Shown one piece after another: positions 28,081 through 39,314 of a stretch of 64,000 nucleotides of DNA. Numbering within the stretch: the first letter of the stretch is position 1; each line of letters opens with the position of its first letter. The stretch spans positions 49,528-113,527 of the forward strand of contig CAVPCC010000016.1 in assembly GCA_963702335.1 (NCBI GenBank), in the 5' to 3' direction. A model generated the notes under the pieces. That model was not told the DNA's origin. It did not search any database and saw nothing but the letters and a program-made list of their open reading frames with translations. Source of the stretch: Vulcanimicrobiota bacterium. GTDB taxonomy: Bacteria; Vulcanimicrobiota; Vulcanimicrobiia; Vulcanimicrobiales; Vulcanimicrobiaceae. The position numbers and the translations under genes are program-made.

Positions 28081-29817
28081 GGCCCTAAAACGACACAAGG
28101 CATTCGCCGTTAAACTTCCCGCCAAGGGCTATGAACATGAAACAACATGGGCTTTCCTGGATCCTCACACGGCAACACAATGCACATTTGATTTCAGCGA
28201 ATGGCACAAGAAGCCAGGTCCGATCGTGCCGGACCTCGTGGATGCAGCAAAGCGCCTTGAAGGTCACCAGAACCGCTCCGTAAGGGGTCGGAGCGCTGTG
28301 TTGAATTGGTTGTTTGAATACCTCGTTAAAGCGAATTTAAAACCAAAAGCGACAGATCTCACTGATCAGATCCTTGTTGACGCAGTTACGTCGCGAGGAC
28401 TGAAAGGGCATGCGCCCAGCGTCGTCCACGGAAAGTTAAGAAGTATTGTAAATGAGGCACTGCGTTTACAAAACGTGCAGTTAAAAACGATTTACGATCC
28501 CTTCGCACCTGAGCGTTTAGCAGCACAACATAGTGAGAGTTTGTCGAGAGAACAACGCGAAGCAATCCTCCAGGCCGCAATGATTGACGTTAGGCGGATC
28601 TGGGATGAATTCGAGCGAGCGCGTTCGGCCGAGGCGACGAGTGCTATGACGTCCGTCGCTAAAATTGCCACTGAAAATGGCGGCTTTCTTCCGATTATAG
28701 GCTATGGGAAAAATTACAAGCGACTAAAGAAAACCAAGGCGATGCGCGCATTGTGGGCATTGAAGGCCCGCGAGCGCCGTGCAGGAAGACCAGCCGACGT
28801 TAGGACGTTTGATAGATGGCTTTATGCCACCGTTGAATCACTTCTGCCGTTTCTCATAGTCATCGCATATAAGCTCGCGGGAAACGTGTATTCGCTTTTG
28901 GAGAGTAAGCGCGATTTGTTGCGTGACGTGGACGACGTTATCCGCGGATCGCGATGCGCAGTTAGTTTCTACAAACCTAGGGCACGCAGAATATTAACGC
29001 ACATGCTTAATCCGGCGGGTCGATTTTCGGTCCCGAGCCTTATCAAACAAGTGCTTGCAATGACAGATCCTTTGGTCCCGCTCGTGCCGGAAGCGATGAA
29101 GAACCGGTTGTTTATTTGCTTTAACCGTGTTGGAAACAGCAAGGGAAAGCCACAGACGCTCAAGTCGACGCCAGGCTCAATGCGCCGATGGTGTCAACGA
29201 CATAATCTCATGAACAAAGACGGAACGCCGTTAACGTTCACTCTCGACATGTTGCGTCCGACGAAGATCAACGACGTTTACGAGGACTCCGGTGGGGATC
29301 TGCTTCTGGCGTACAAGGTAGCGAATCACAAGGTGCTCTCCACAACGTATGATTACCTAAAGGGTATACGAGCAGCCGATCTCGATCGAACATCGATAAC
29401 TGACGCTCAGGGGCAGACTTTACAGCATCCACCGAACGACGCGAAAAACAGTCCCGAGACGGATCGCAGAAATCAAAATCTCGTGAGGAAAGGGCCAGAG
29501 CCGTCGAGCGAGACTGTCTTGATCCAACGGACCCACCAAGATACACGGAAAAAGACCTGTGCCCGGAGTGGATGTCCACCGTCGCCGATCCGCACCTTGC
29601 TGTGCCGAATGACCCGAAATATGTCGCGAATATAATACTTGATCGAGATGCGTTCCTTGAGGCACGTGAAAGGATCGACGCAACTCGTTTTGCTCGGTAT
29701 TATGCGAACAAATTGCGGATCATCGATCAAGAAAGTCTACCAAAATTATCCCCGGATGTAGTAAAAGAAGCGACAAAGATAGCGGCCGGTTTACCGCTGC
29801 GGATGGAGATATACTAA
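28073..29817 (+). CDS. large tyrosine recombinase 2 (TnpB-like, ~580 aa; frame shift ~29417)
   Basis: The GTG at 28073 overlaps the recombinase 1 stop. Motifs LTFTLDMLRPTKINDVYE and LLAYKVANHKVLSTTYDYL. The C-terminal part continues in the frame of ORF 29572..29817 (DCLDPTDPPRYTEKDLCPEW...). Confidence 0.65.
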
Positions 29818-31641
29818 TGAACGCGCAAGTGCGAAGGGAAACTACGCGAGGTCCCGCGGTGGCTGCTGGAGCTGTTTCAACGACGATGTTTGGTATCTGC
29901 CCAATGCTGTAGTTACATCAGCAAGTAATCATATTCATTGGAAGGTGCAACTCGGCGAAGGTCGATGTCTAACGGATCCAATACACGAGAAGATACTTTC
30001 CACGTGTAAACAGATGCTGTACTGCATGCTTAAAGGCGATTACGGAGTTTACAAGAAGGCGCGCTGCCGCACCGTGTTTGGCACCTGGAGCGCCCTAAGG
30101 CCATTAGTGGTGTGGATGATTGCGCAAGGTCTGACCGCGTTTTCCGAGATGGATGAAAACCAAATAGCAGTCTACAAGGCAAAAGTCACGTCAAGTGGGT
30201 TGTCCGAGAGTCGCCAAGGCCGATTACTCTTGCCTTTAAAAGTGCTTGTGGCGCTGCGCGATAAGATTGAAGACCAACCTCCCGTTAAACCTCATGTAAT
30301 GCTGGAAATCCTGACGCTACCGTCCACGGCGCAAAACGAGTGCAAGACGCCTGCGATCCCAGACCATATTGCCATGCCGTTATTTCGAGAGGCGCTGGAA
30401 TTCATTGCGGCAAATGGCGATTTTATTTGTGAAGTCTACGCGCAAGATTGGGAAAGCCGGCGTGTTCACTATCGGGCTACCGCAAAGGCTGGCATGACGC
30501 ATGGCGCCGGCGCGTTGCGTGTGAGTCGCGAACACTTCGAAAAATATGCGTCATGCGACGTCATTCGGGCCGGTAGCCAGATCTATGCAATTCGAGAGAT
30601 CTCGCAAGTGAACGAAATAGTAACCGTACTGGAGACTGCCTGCTTTATCGTAGTGGCCGGGTTCGTTGGCATGCGCATTAGTGAGATCGGCTCATTAAAA
30701 TCGGGTTGCCTTTCGGTCCAAAAGAGCAATCGCGGCCTAACGTTACTTACCGTGCACGGCCTTCTTTTTAAGACTTCGAGAGAAGAAGAGGGTGTCCCGT
30801 GGCAGTGGGTCGCCGGTTGGGACGGGCCAGAAAATGTGGTCCGGAAAGCGATTGAAACGCTTGAGCGGCTTCGGCGCGCAGAAAAGTGTCAGCCAGCGTC
30901 GAGTGGATATTTATTCACCAGAAGTCACGGCCGCTTTCTGGATGGAGACGCTAACCCCCTGAAGAGCTCCTACTTTACTGCGCGAGTCAATAAATTTGCA
31001 CGGCTTTATGACATTGAGCCGTGGCATTTTACGCCTCACCAATTTCGACGCACCTTTGCACGGTGGGTAACGCGAAAGGACCCGAACGCGTTGCTCGCGC
31101 TTCGTCGTCACTTTGCTCATGTCTCGGTGCAAATGACGGAATTCTATTCATTCTGGGATAGTGACCTAGTCCAAGAAGTGTTGGATGCGGATGTTGAGCA
31201 AGACTATGAAGCATTCGACCAGATACTTGCCGCGGATCATTTGGCGGGCCAAAAGGGCGAAGAAATTCTGTCTCGCAAGTACCGATTCCGTGGTGTCGCC
31301 GGAGAGGAAGCGCGGGGAGCTATATCCGCGCTGAACTTGCGCGTCCGGCCGATGAACAGCTGATCATTATGCGTCACGATTACGGATATTGCATTTACTT
31401 GCCTGACAAGGCGTCCTGCGGCGGTGAACGCTGGCGCATCGGTATTGACACGTGTATCGGATGTTCAAACGCCGTATTTACGAAGCAGCATGTGCCTTTC
31501 TTAGTGCGCCAGAAGGAAGCGCGGCGTTCCGTTATAAGCGCGCCAATTTTTAAGACGCTTTCAGCCCGAGCTCAGACCGACGCACAAAATGGACTTGAGC
31601 GCGTGGAAAAGCTGCTGATCGATCTTACGGGGGCCGCCTAG
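29817..31641 (+). CDS. large tyrosine recombinase 3 (TnpB-like, ~600 aa; frame shifts near 29850-29900 and ~31320)
   Basis: The ATG at 29817 overlaps the previous stop (TAATG). ORF 29945..31363 has VAGFVGMRISEIGSLK (Arg), FTPHQFRRTFARW (HxxR) and LRRHFAHVSVQMTEFY (His...Tyr). A Cys-rich C-terminus continues in ORF 31369..31641 (HDYGYCIYLPDKASCGGE...CIGCSNAVF). Confidence 0.75.
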
Positions 31642-31997
31642 TGACGAAAAAGGAGCAAACGTTGCGCAATCTCAATGCGGCTTTGTCGCGCCTAATAAAA
31701 GAAAAACCAACGAATGAACACAATCAGAAAAACAAGAGCCCGGTTTCTGTAGCGGCGGTGGCCCGAGAGGCAGGCGTCAAGCCGGTCACTGTTTTTAGAT
31801 ACCCATCTGTATGCGATCGTATAAGGGCATTGAAAAAGCGATCGAAGAGTGCCAAGAGAACAGCAACCCGCGTCGCGAATGCGGCGGCTGAAAATGGTGA
31901 ACTTAGAAGGCAGATCCGGTGTCTGATCGATCGAAATATGGAATTAACGGTTAAGCTTTCAAAATATGAGTCCGATGAACCAGGATCAAAACGGTAG
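31641..31997 (+). CDS. TnpC-like small protein (DUF6262-like, HTH)
   Basis: ORF track, 118 aa. RNLNAALSRLIKE...VSVAAVAREAGVKPVTVFRYPSVCDRIRALKKR resembles the small third protein of Tn554-family elements (recalled from memory, not searched). The start overlaps the recombinase 3 stop. Confidence 0.5.
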   Translation: MTKKEQTLRNLNAALSRLIKEKPTNEHNQKNKSPVSVAAVAREAGVKPVTVFRYPSVCDRIRALKKRSKSAKRTATRVANAAAENGELRRQIRCLIDRNMELTVKLSKYESDEPGSKR

Positions 31998-32089
31998 TAA
32001 GGTTGCCTTGCGCAATCGATTTGCATCTGCCGCAATCGGCGTAGTACCGAAAATCCCCTCGGAGGCGCGGCGTATCTCACAATCGTGCA

Positions 32090-32429
32090 TACATCGGCCG
32101 TTCGTTGGAACGTCTTGTGCTGATACGAACTCGATGACGCCGCTCTAAACTTCTCCGGCACGTCGAGATGAACATCATGTCCGGCTTGCGGAAGTTGACC
32201 AACTAAGCATGTCGGATTATGTCTGCTACGTCGCGGACGCCTTCTCGATCCGCGAACGGAATGAACGCGAGCTGAAAATTGCACCATCGCGATCAATGGC
32301 TCCGGAAATCGTCCGGGTTGCCTTTCGGCCGGTGATGTCATGTTCGGGCACGCTCAGGAAACTTTCGATGCCGAGTAGACCGCCGAAAAACCACACAAAG
32401 CTTTGAACGATGCGCCGAACTATCGTCAT
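32090..32429 (-). pseudogene. possible C-terminal remnant of an alpha/beta hydrolase
   Basis: Two minus frames give ...GAIDRDGAIFSS... and ...CLVGQLPQAGHDVHLDVPEKFRAA (the GH..E.PE.F C-terminal pattern). No N-terminal nucleophile region is present. Confidence 0.3.
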
Positions 32430-32639
32430 AACAAATCGTTGATTTCCTCTTGGCTAGCGTCATCGCCGGCGCAAAAGCGGGCAGCCTCGTTCAGCAGCCG
32501 CTCGTGCGCGTCATCGCACATGCGCGGCCGACGCCGGTTGTTGGATCGTCCTCTCATCGTGAAGCGGGCGGTTTAATTACACTGCGGACGCCCAACAGTG
32601 ACCCGAAGAACTCGACGAAAGCTTCGGCAATCTCGCTTA

Positions 32640-32894
32640 TCATGAGTCTTCGAAAAGATTCGCGATGTCGTCGTTCGACGCGTCGAAATCGCCGGCGATT
32701 TGTACCTTTCCTCGGTCGACGCCCAGTTCACGCTTCGGATGCGCTTTATCTGTTTCGCCTTTGGGCGACGCCGAATCGTCGGACGAATTCCAAGATTCCC
32801 GCTCGGCCTTCACGTACGCGTCAGAGTTCCCGTAGACGCCTTTCAATTCACCGGCGAATGACTTATCGCCCGACGTTTTATCGTTTTCTTGCAT
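32640..32894 (-). CDS. small acidic antitoxin-like protein
   Basis: ORF track, 84 aa. The C-terminal GKVQIAGDFDASNDDIANLFEDS resembles the DFDAPL tail seen in some type II antitoxins. The stop overlaps a following short ATG ORF (ATGA). Confidence 0.3.
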   Translation of the reverse strand: MQENDKTSGDKSFAGELKGVYGNSDAYVKAERESWNSSDDSASPKGETDKAHPKRELGVDRGKVQIAGDFDASNDDIANLFEDS

Positions 32895-33549
32895 CTTATT
32901 GCGACTCCGTCTACTCTGCTTTGTGGCAGTAATCAGTGGCTAAACGTGCCAAAACAGAATCAATTCCTATAACTGAGTTCGTCGGCGGTCGGAACGCCGT
33001 CCGGCGTTGGTGCTGCGTTTCGCTTTACGACGCGCTCCTCGTTCCAAATGCCTTCAACCAGGTCGCGGATGCCCGAGGGCATGTGGCGCAAATCATTCCA
33101 TATTTCGCTGGGTCTCAGGAGATCGCGTATTCCGGCGACTAACTTCCGAAAATCTCATGCTCGATTTTACCGCATCAGAGACCATAGGTTTCGCCCGGTC
33201 CGCCGAACGGGTGAGTGCGACGCCGCTTCCGCCGATGGAACGCCTTGGTCGGGTCTAGTTTCCTCGTACCAACCAATCCTCGGGCTCCTCTCGTAGCGTG
33301 GGCCACAGGGCCGTGCCGATTTTCCCGATTGCGGTCCCCTCATCTGAATACATGCGGGTCAGCGGCTCGTCTAGCATCTCGCTCATGAGCTGCAGTGCCC
33401 GCAATGTCGACGAGTGGGACATCGCCGCCGGCCCCTGCCGCAATTAACCAACAAACGGTCGTTGCCACAATTGTCAGAAAGTGTCAGGCGTTACCAAATT
33501 CCAGTTTCTAGAACCCGTAATCCAAAGCGGCGCGATGCCCTTACTGCTC

Positions 33550-33750
33550 TCACTGCTGATCGGCGGTACGGTCCAGACATTCTCGTGCCCAGTTAGATGG
33601 TTCATCACGCACCTCGTCGCGTAAGCGCTCGAGATCAAGATCTATTCCAACCATTGGTGACGAGCGAAGAAAATCAAACAGCTTAGCGTTACTGTCGCCG
33701 CGCCCAATCTTGGTTGGTACGTTTTCGCGATCATCGTTCAATGTGGTCAC
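33550..33750 (-). CDS. VapB/AbrB-like antitoxin fragment followed by a decayed PIN-like region (33250-33550)
   Basis: ORF track, 66 aa with LFDFLRSSPMVGIDLDLERLRDEVRD. Downstream minus frames contain CWLIAAGAGGDVPLVD, reminiscent of the VapC motif D.WIAA.A...PLVT. The region is weak and frame-broken. Confidence 0.3.
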   Translation of the reverse strand: MTTLNDDRENVPTKIGRGDSNAKLFDFLRSSPMVGIDLDLERLRDEVRDEPSNWARECLDRTADQQ

Positions 33751-34410
33751 CTCACACGTTGCGTCTCTATGTTGTATGGCGCGTCATCGTCTAACTTCGT
33801 GCAGCAGCCTCAGGAATGATATGTACGCTCGCTCTTCACATTTGTAGCACGAGACAGCGAGCGTGCCCATTGAAAAGAACTTAAAAGTGCGACCGAAACA
33901 CCGGCAAGGAGCACTCCCCAATGCGGTAACAACCCGCCGTGGCGGCTTCGTAACCCAGACAAGAATCCCCAAATTTGTGAGGCCATAGATTGGAAACATG
34001 GCTGGAAAGGGAGTTTTCATTGCGAGTCACCTTTCGGACGCTCTGAGGCGCAAAGGCATTCCGCTCGAGCGGCGTAGTTTTACCGCTCGCTGGATCTCGT
34101 ATGAAACAATACTTGCATACCGCGACAGCGCTTGTCGTTGCTCCGGCACGGACCACGCGTCGATAAGGCGTGACACTTCGGCTGACTTCGCAAATACGTA
34201 GCGGATGTGCCCATCGCTGAGGAGTTCCCGGTTTAAGAGCTTCTGTCGATTAAACAGAAGCCATGATGCAAGCTTAGGTTCTCAACAGCGACCGTCTTTG
34301 ACTTCCCTGTCATTACAAGGCACTTAGAACGTTCCCCCGATGGAGCCCCGACTAGTGCCTTGCGCTGGGTTTGCCCAGGCCGGTGAATTGGGGTCCACGC
34401 CATATATGGC

Positions 34411-34665
34411 GTGGTGCATACCGAGTTCCTTCTGTACGCTCGCCTGGTGGCGGACCACCAGTACAAACGGACTCTCAAACGTCTAGCCGCCAACATTCGG
34501 AAGCGGCGAGGAGAGGCTCGGCCTAACGCAGGAAGACGTTGCTCATGCGGCCGACATGGCGGTTCGACATTTTCAAAAGCTCAGGACGCAGACGTTAACG
34601 TGACGCTCCGTACGATGACGAAAGTTGCGCGTGCTCTCAAAAGCGATTTACGCGATTTGTTGTAA
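34411..34665 (+). CDS. XRE-family HTH regulator (frame-broken)
   Basis: LKRLAANIRKRRGEAR.. / ..QEDVAHAADMAVRHFQK.. / ..NVTLRTMTKVARALKSDLRDLL across frames. This is the typical Cro/C1 HTH layout. Confidence 0.45.
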   Translation: MVHTEFLLYARLVADHQYKRTLKRLAANIRKRRGEARPNAGRRCSCGRHGGSTFSKAQDADVNVTLRTMTKVARALKSDLRDLL

Positions 34666-35675
34666 AGTTGTCGTCAACAGATTGATGGAGCGCGACGCAG
34701 CGTCTAGCACTCTTCAAAAGGCTGATAATCTCGGTATCGGGCGCCTCAAAATGCTCCCGAAGATGCAAGTTGACCGAGTGCATTCCAGTGTTTCCGTTCG
34801 GAGCCGGCGCGAGCGTTTTCGCGAATACCTAAGCGCACGAATCAACCGCAATGGTGCAACAATCGCAGTTACCGAAACCGGCGATTTTCCTGCCATCATT
34901 CGGCGCCGTATCTTCGAACAAGCAAAATTCGAAAAGCCAGCTGCTAGATCGCCAAATCGTACCAAAGGGCGGTAGATAGCGATCACGCTTGGGAGCAGCA
35001 GGTACTAGATCGAATAGGTGCGGGCAAACGTGTCGCAACCCTCGCCGAGCGCGTTGGCGAAACGACCCGTGCGATTGAGGCGGCCTGGCCAAGCATGCGG
35101 CGCGCGAAATATATTCAGGAAAAACGACCGAACCCCACGAAATCAGCCTATTCGGAGGATACCAATGGCACGTTCACTCCTCGGTGCGCTTACGTCGGCT
35201 CTTTTCAAAGCCGGCCGTACCTCATCGAACATCCATCTCGCCGAGTCGCTCCTTACCGGTAACACCAAGTCGGTCGAGCGTAGCCTCAAGACGCGTGTGC
35301 GCAATAAGGCGAAAACCGCGCTCTGGCACGCGATCACCGGCAAACGCCGATGAAATTGACCCCGGAAATTGGCAGTCAACTACGTCGCCTCGAGGGCGTA
35401 ACCAATAGATTGAATAGCGCGCTTGGTGCGTTGAATGAAAATATCGAATCGCTCAAGCGAATCGATCCGCGCTATGTCGAAACGATGCATCAGTATCGGA
35501 CAATGGAATGCATTCGCGACGTCGGCAACACATTTGATGATTTCAGTTCAGCACTTGTGTCGCTGTTTCGCTTGCTGGATCTCGAGTAGTCGCCTTCGCA
35601 TTACGCGCTGTGACAGGCTCACCGTGGCCCGAGGCTCTTGCGTCGAGCACGCATCTTTTACATCATGGGCGGCCT

Positions 35676-35861
35676 TTAACGAGGAACCACGCTACTCCGC
35701 CGATCGTTATGATGCACGCTGTCGGCATCTTCGTTGTACGTGATACCGGAATGAATTAGGATACGTTCACGAAGATTTGTTCTGCGGGGCCGGTTCTCAA
35801 TGGTCTTTCGGCCGTCGGCGACCACGAGCGACCACGGCGGCCGGATGGAAAGCGCGCGCAT
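35676..35861 (-). CDS. ASCH-domain protein (C-terminal part continues in other frames to ~35600)
   Basis: MRALSIRPPWSLVVADGRKTIENRPRRTNLRERILIHSG matches the ASCH N-terminal pattern (ALSIRQPWA...GxKxIENR). It lies 10 nt downstream of the RHH gene. Confidence 0.4.
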   Translation of the reverse strand: MRALSIRPPWSLVVADGRKTIENRPRRTNLRERILIHSGITYNEDADSVHHNDRRSSVVPR

Positions 35862-35871
35862 GCTTTAGACG

Positions 35872-36095
35872 TTACCGCGCCTTAGACGTTGTTTTATTAA
35901 CAACGTCCCGTCGAATCAAATCAGCAATATACTCACTCTTGCTGTCAGCAAGGCTGGCGTCTAAGGTTTCATGAAACCGCCAATTCTGGTCAACAGCGCT
36001 CAAAACATCCGGCGGAAAAGTGTACGTCGCTTTCTTGTGCGGACCAGCAGCCGGAGCGTTGGTAGTCTTTGCTTGCTCATGCGTTTGACGGTCAT
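35872..36095 (-). CDS. ribbon-helix-helix (CopG-like) protein (frame shift ~36070)
   Basis: The ATG at 36095 overlaps the GIY-YIG stop (ATGA). The main frame reads KKATYTFPPDVLSAVDQNWRFHETLDASLADSKSEYIADLIRRDVVNK, a beta-strand followed by two helices as in RHH proteins. Confidence 0.45.
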
Positions 36096-37326
36096 CGTGG
36101 CAGAATCTTGCGGCTTATCGCGTCGTAGCGATAATTAACGATGCTACGATCGAGAATGCGTTTCACCGCTTCTTCGACCAGATCGAGCGGCACAACAAAC
36201 CACTCCTTTGGCACCACGCGCCTGCCCAAAACGACTTCTACCTGCAAATTCGCGTGTGCGAAAAACTGATGCAGCAATTGCTCCAGTTTGCGCGCAGTAA
36301 AATTTGTTTCGAAAGTTGCGCGCAATTGCACCTTGGCACACAAGAACGTAGGATCTTTGTCCGTGTCTGCAAGGCGCTTTTCTAGTGGCTGCGTTGTGAA
36401 TCCAATCTTATACAATTTCCCTTTAAGAGCGACAATGTTCGGGTCTTGAGACAAACTCTCGACTATATAAACGGTGCCTTTAACGTCGCCAAATTCGGCT
36501 TCTGCTTCACCGGTAAAAAGCGGGCCGGCAACGTGACCAGAGCCGCCGAACAGCGGGCCGCTGATCGTAGGCGCAGCCTCAATAACTTGTCTACCGTTAT
36601 CGTCCTCGTATAGCAATCGGGCCAGCGAGCGAAGTAGGTGATTACTTTCCGTTCCATTATCAAAGATGATGTGCGTACGTGCGTCGTGCTCCTTGCCGCG
36701 TCGGTGCGGCTCATCTACGGCTGCGACATACGATATAATACCGTTCAGGATGAACACGGCACCCGGAACGATGCTGCTTTCGCGCTCAAACCGTTTCGTG
36801 TAACGTCTGCCGGACCGGAGGTCTTCTTTCAATTCGGCGAATATCGGTGCAAAGCGCTCAAAGTCCGGGCACGGCCGCCGCTTTGCAATGTCATCAGGAG
36901 CCGCCTTACTTGCCGTCGGCGCCGCTACATGCTTGAGATCAAAAATTGCGTCCGCGGGTGTGGAAAGCAACGCATCATCTGACGCGAGAATCTCGTCAAT
37001 GCTGCTCGGTATCGGCGTGACTTGCGCAGGCGGCCCGAGGAAACCGTGGCGGTCGAAAGGGGCAAGCAGCGTTCGATATGATTCCGTCGCGCGGAACGTT
37101 TCGAGATTTCCCTCGAGCGAGTATTCTTGAAGCGCGGGGGCTCGACCGTTTTCCGTATTGCCCGGCAGGAAGCCATGCTGATCGAAGAATGCGTTGACTG
37201 CCTCGAATTGGCTAATCACGATATCGTCTTCGGTCGATCGCGTCGGGCCAGCGGCTTTACCGGCAAGCAGTCCTAGGTCGTCGTCTTCCGAGAAGATGTC
37301 TCAAACCGAGCCGGCTTATCGCTCAT
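36092..37326 (-). CDS. T5orf172 / GIY-YIG-like nuclease-domain protein (~410 aa; frame shift ~37295-37300)
   Basis: ORF track 36092..37219. The C-terminal domain GTVYIVESLSQDPNIVALKGKLYKIGFTTQPLEKRLAD...KLEQLLHQFFAH...PKEWFVVPLDLVEEAV has the GIY...YIG...EWF pattern of T5orf172. The in-frame upstream extension lacks a start. The ATG at 37326 overlaps the helicase stop (ATGA) one frame off. Confidence 0.75.
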
Positions 37327-39314
37327 GAGATTGCGGCTCGTTCCCGTTCGCGTTTCGCATTGCGAATTATTGAAAGGGCGTGTGCGAGACGCTGCTCGCG
37401 GGGATCTTGCGCGTTCAGATTCGGTTCGCGACCACGATTTTGCGTAAATGCCTTTACGCTTGGCCAGAGCATCGCGGCCTCCTCGTCGTTCATTGGGAGC
37501 CGACCAGCAACGATATTGCCATGAATCGTCCGCAGAACTCGCTCATCTAGATTCTTCGAAAGAATCTCGTATGCGTGCTCAAACGGGTTAATACTATCGA
37601 TCAGGTCGATTGAGAGGTCGTCGAGATTGACGAACTTCCGTGCGAGTTTGACAAGCACATTCTCGCCTTCGCGCTTCGTTTCAAGTTCACCATTGGTGGC
37701 CGGGGCCGAATCGCCGGGTTCCGGCGACACGGCATTCTTAAAGTTCAAATCCAGCAGGACTGCGTGGCGTACTTCGTTCACTTGCGACTCGGTGAGGTCA
37801 GGGTACCGCTTAGCGATCACCATCGGGATAATTTTCGTGTTAATTTCAGCCGGCGTATATACGTCCGGGTGTATCGTAACTAGTTTGATGAGCGGATCCT
37901 GGATAATGTCGACTTTGAGTTCATCTAATTGGTCCTCAACGATCTCACGCACACGATCGGTGGACGGCTCCTGGAATCCCTTGATGTAAAGCGGTACACC
38001 CGGACCAGGCTCTTCTGCCGGCACGTCAGGCACCTTTGTTTTAAAATTGAAGTTTGGCGCGAGCACCTGTTCCATGATCAGGGAAACGGAGATGGCCTTC
38101 AGCATGTTGTTTACCGCTTCAGTCACCGTTGATTGCTGCTCTATAGGTTCGGCAACGAGGTTGGTGAATTGGGCATGCGTTTTGCCTTCCGCGTCACGCG
38201 TAGCACGTCCGATGATCTGGATGACTTCTGTCATGGAGTTGCGGTAACCAACCGTGAGCACATGCTCGCACCAGATCCAGTCGAACCCTTCCTTCGCCAT
38301 CCCTAGCGCGATAATGATGTCGAGATCATCGCGTTTCTCAACTTTTCGCAGACTAGCGAGAACAGTCTCCCGGTATGCGCTGTCGTCCACAAGGTCTGCA
38401 ACCTTCAGGACGGTCCCATCGGGCTGCGTGACGTGATAAAAGCCGGTAGTCTCGTCGCGAATAAAGTTACTCGCATCGCCACCGGCCATGAACTCCAATA
38501 GGTCATCAACTTGTTCATTTTTGCCTTTCGGCGCTTCGGACGAGTTGACGCTCGGGATGTGAATGATGGTTTTCTTCGAAAGGTCAAGAACTTCTTCAAC
38601 GGCCTTGATATACGATTCAGTATAAAAGTGATAGCCAATTCCAAGATTTTTTAAATGTTCGTATGACGCGAGTTGTTCGTAGTATGTGTACGTAACGCGC
38701 GTAAATCGGTTCTCGTCTTCAGGCCGAAGTACCGGCATCGTGTCGCCGCGGAAGTAGGACCCGGTCATCGCCACGATATGCGGTCGGCCATCGGCGATCA
38801 GTCCGCGAACGAGTTCGCCAAGTTTCGACTCTGCGTCAGCCGATGTGTGATGGAACTCGTCAATAGCAACGACGCAATCGGCAAAGGCGGCCGCACCGAG
38901 TTTTTCGTAGGCGAAGCGCAACGTCGCATGCGTGCAAACGAGTATAGACTCGTCTGAAGTGAGAAACTCTGCCACGGCAGCGGTCTTGTGCCCCCCGCCG
39001 GACGTTGTGAGGTTGTACTTCGGGGTTATAAGCCAATCGGCAAAAAAACCGGTCGGCTTCAGCGGCGTCGTCTTGAACGAGTTACCGATGGAGCGCTCCG
39101 GAACGGCGACGACGATCTTCTTGACCCCTTGGTTCGCGATCTTGTCCAAGGCGATGTACATTAGCGCGCGCGACTTGCCGGACGCCGGCGGTGCTTTTAT
39201 TAAGAGATACTGCGCGTTGCGCGCATCAAATGCACGGGCCTGCATTTCGCGCATGCCCATCGCATTAACGGTTGCTTTGTGTGTCCCGCAAATGTGCGTG
39301 ATGAGGTTAGGCAC
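37323..39314 (-). CDS. SF2 DEAD/DEAH-box (ResIII-like) helicase, 663 aa
   Basis: ORF track, intact. Motif I LLIKAPPASGKSRAL, motif II VVAIDEFHH, TGSYFRGD, motif VI QIIGRATRD. A long helical C-terminal region has no recognisable nuclease motif. Confidence 0.88.
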   Translation of the reverse strand: MPNLITHICGTHKATVNAMGMREMQARAFDARNAQYLLIKAPPASGKSRALMYIALDKIANQGVKKIVVAVPERSIGNSFKTTPLKPTGFFADWLITPKYNLTTSGGGHKTAAVAEFLTSDESILVCTHATLRFAYEKLGAAAFADCVVAIDEFHHTSADAESKLGELVRGLIADGRPHIVAMTGSYFRGDTMPVLRPEDENRFTRVTYTYYEQLASYEHLKNLGIGYHFYTESYIKAVEEVLDLSKKTIIHIPSVNSSEAPKGKNEQVDDLLEFMAGGDASNFIRDETTGFYHVTQPDGTVLKVADLVDDSAYRETVLASLRKVEKRDDLDIIIALGMAKEGFDWIWCEHVLTVGYRNSMTEVIQIIGRATRDAEGKTHAQFTNLVAEPIEQQSTVTEAVNNMLKAISVSLIMEQVLAPNFNFKTKVPDVPAEEPGPGVPLYIKGFQEPSTDRVREIVEDQLDELKVDIIQDPLIKLVTIHPDVYTPAEINTKIIPMVIAKRYPDLTESQVNEVRHAVLLDLNFKNAVSPEPGDSAPATNGELETKREGENVLVKLARKFVNLDDLSIDLIDSINPFEHAYEILSKNLDERVLRTIHGNIVAGRLPMNDEEAAMLWPSVKAFTQNRGREPNLNAQDPREQRLAHALSIIRNAKRERERAAIS

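Noticed and set aside
31724-32341. 205-aa minus-strand ORF suggesting a gene overlapping the TnpC-like gene.
   Set aside because: Its left two-thirds is antisense to the well-supported TnpC-like ORF. Only the right part (from ~32090) resembles a hydrolase C-terminus, so only a remnant is called.
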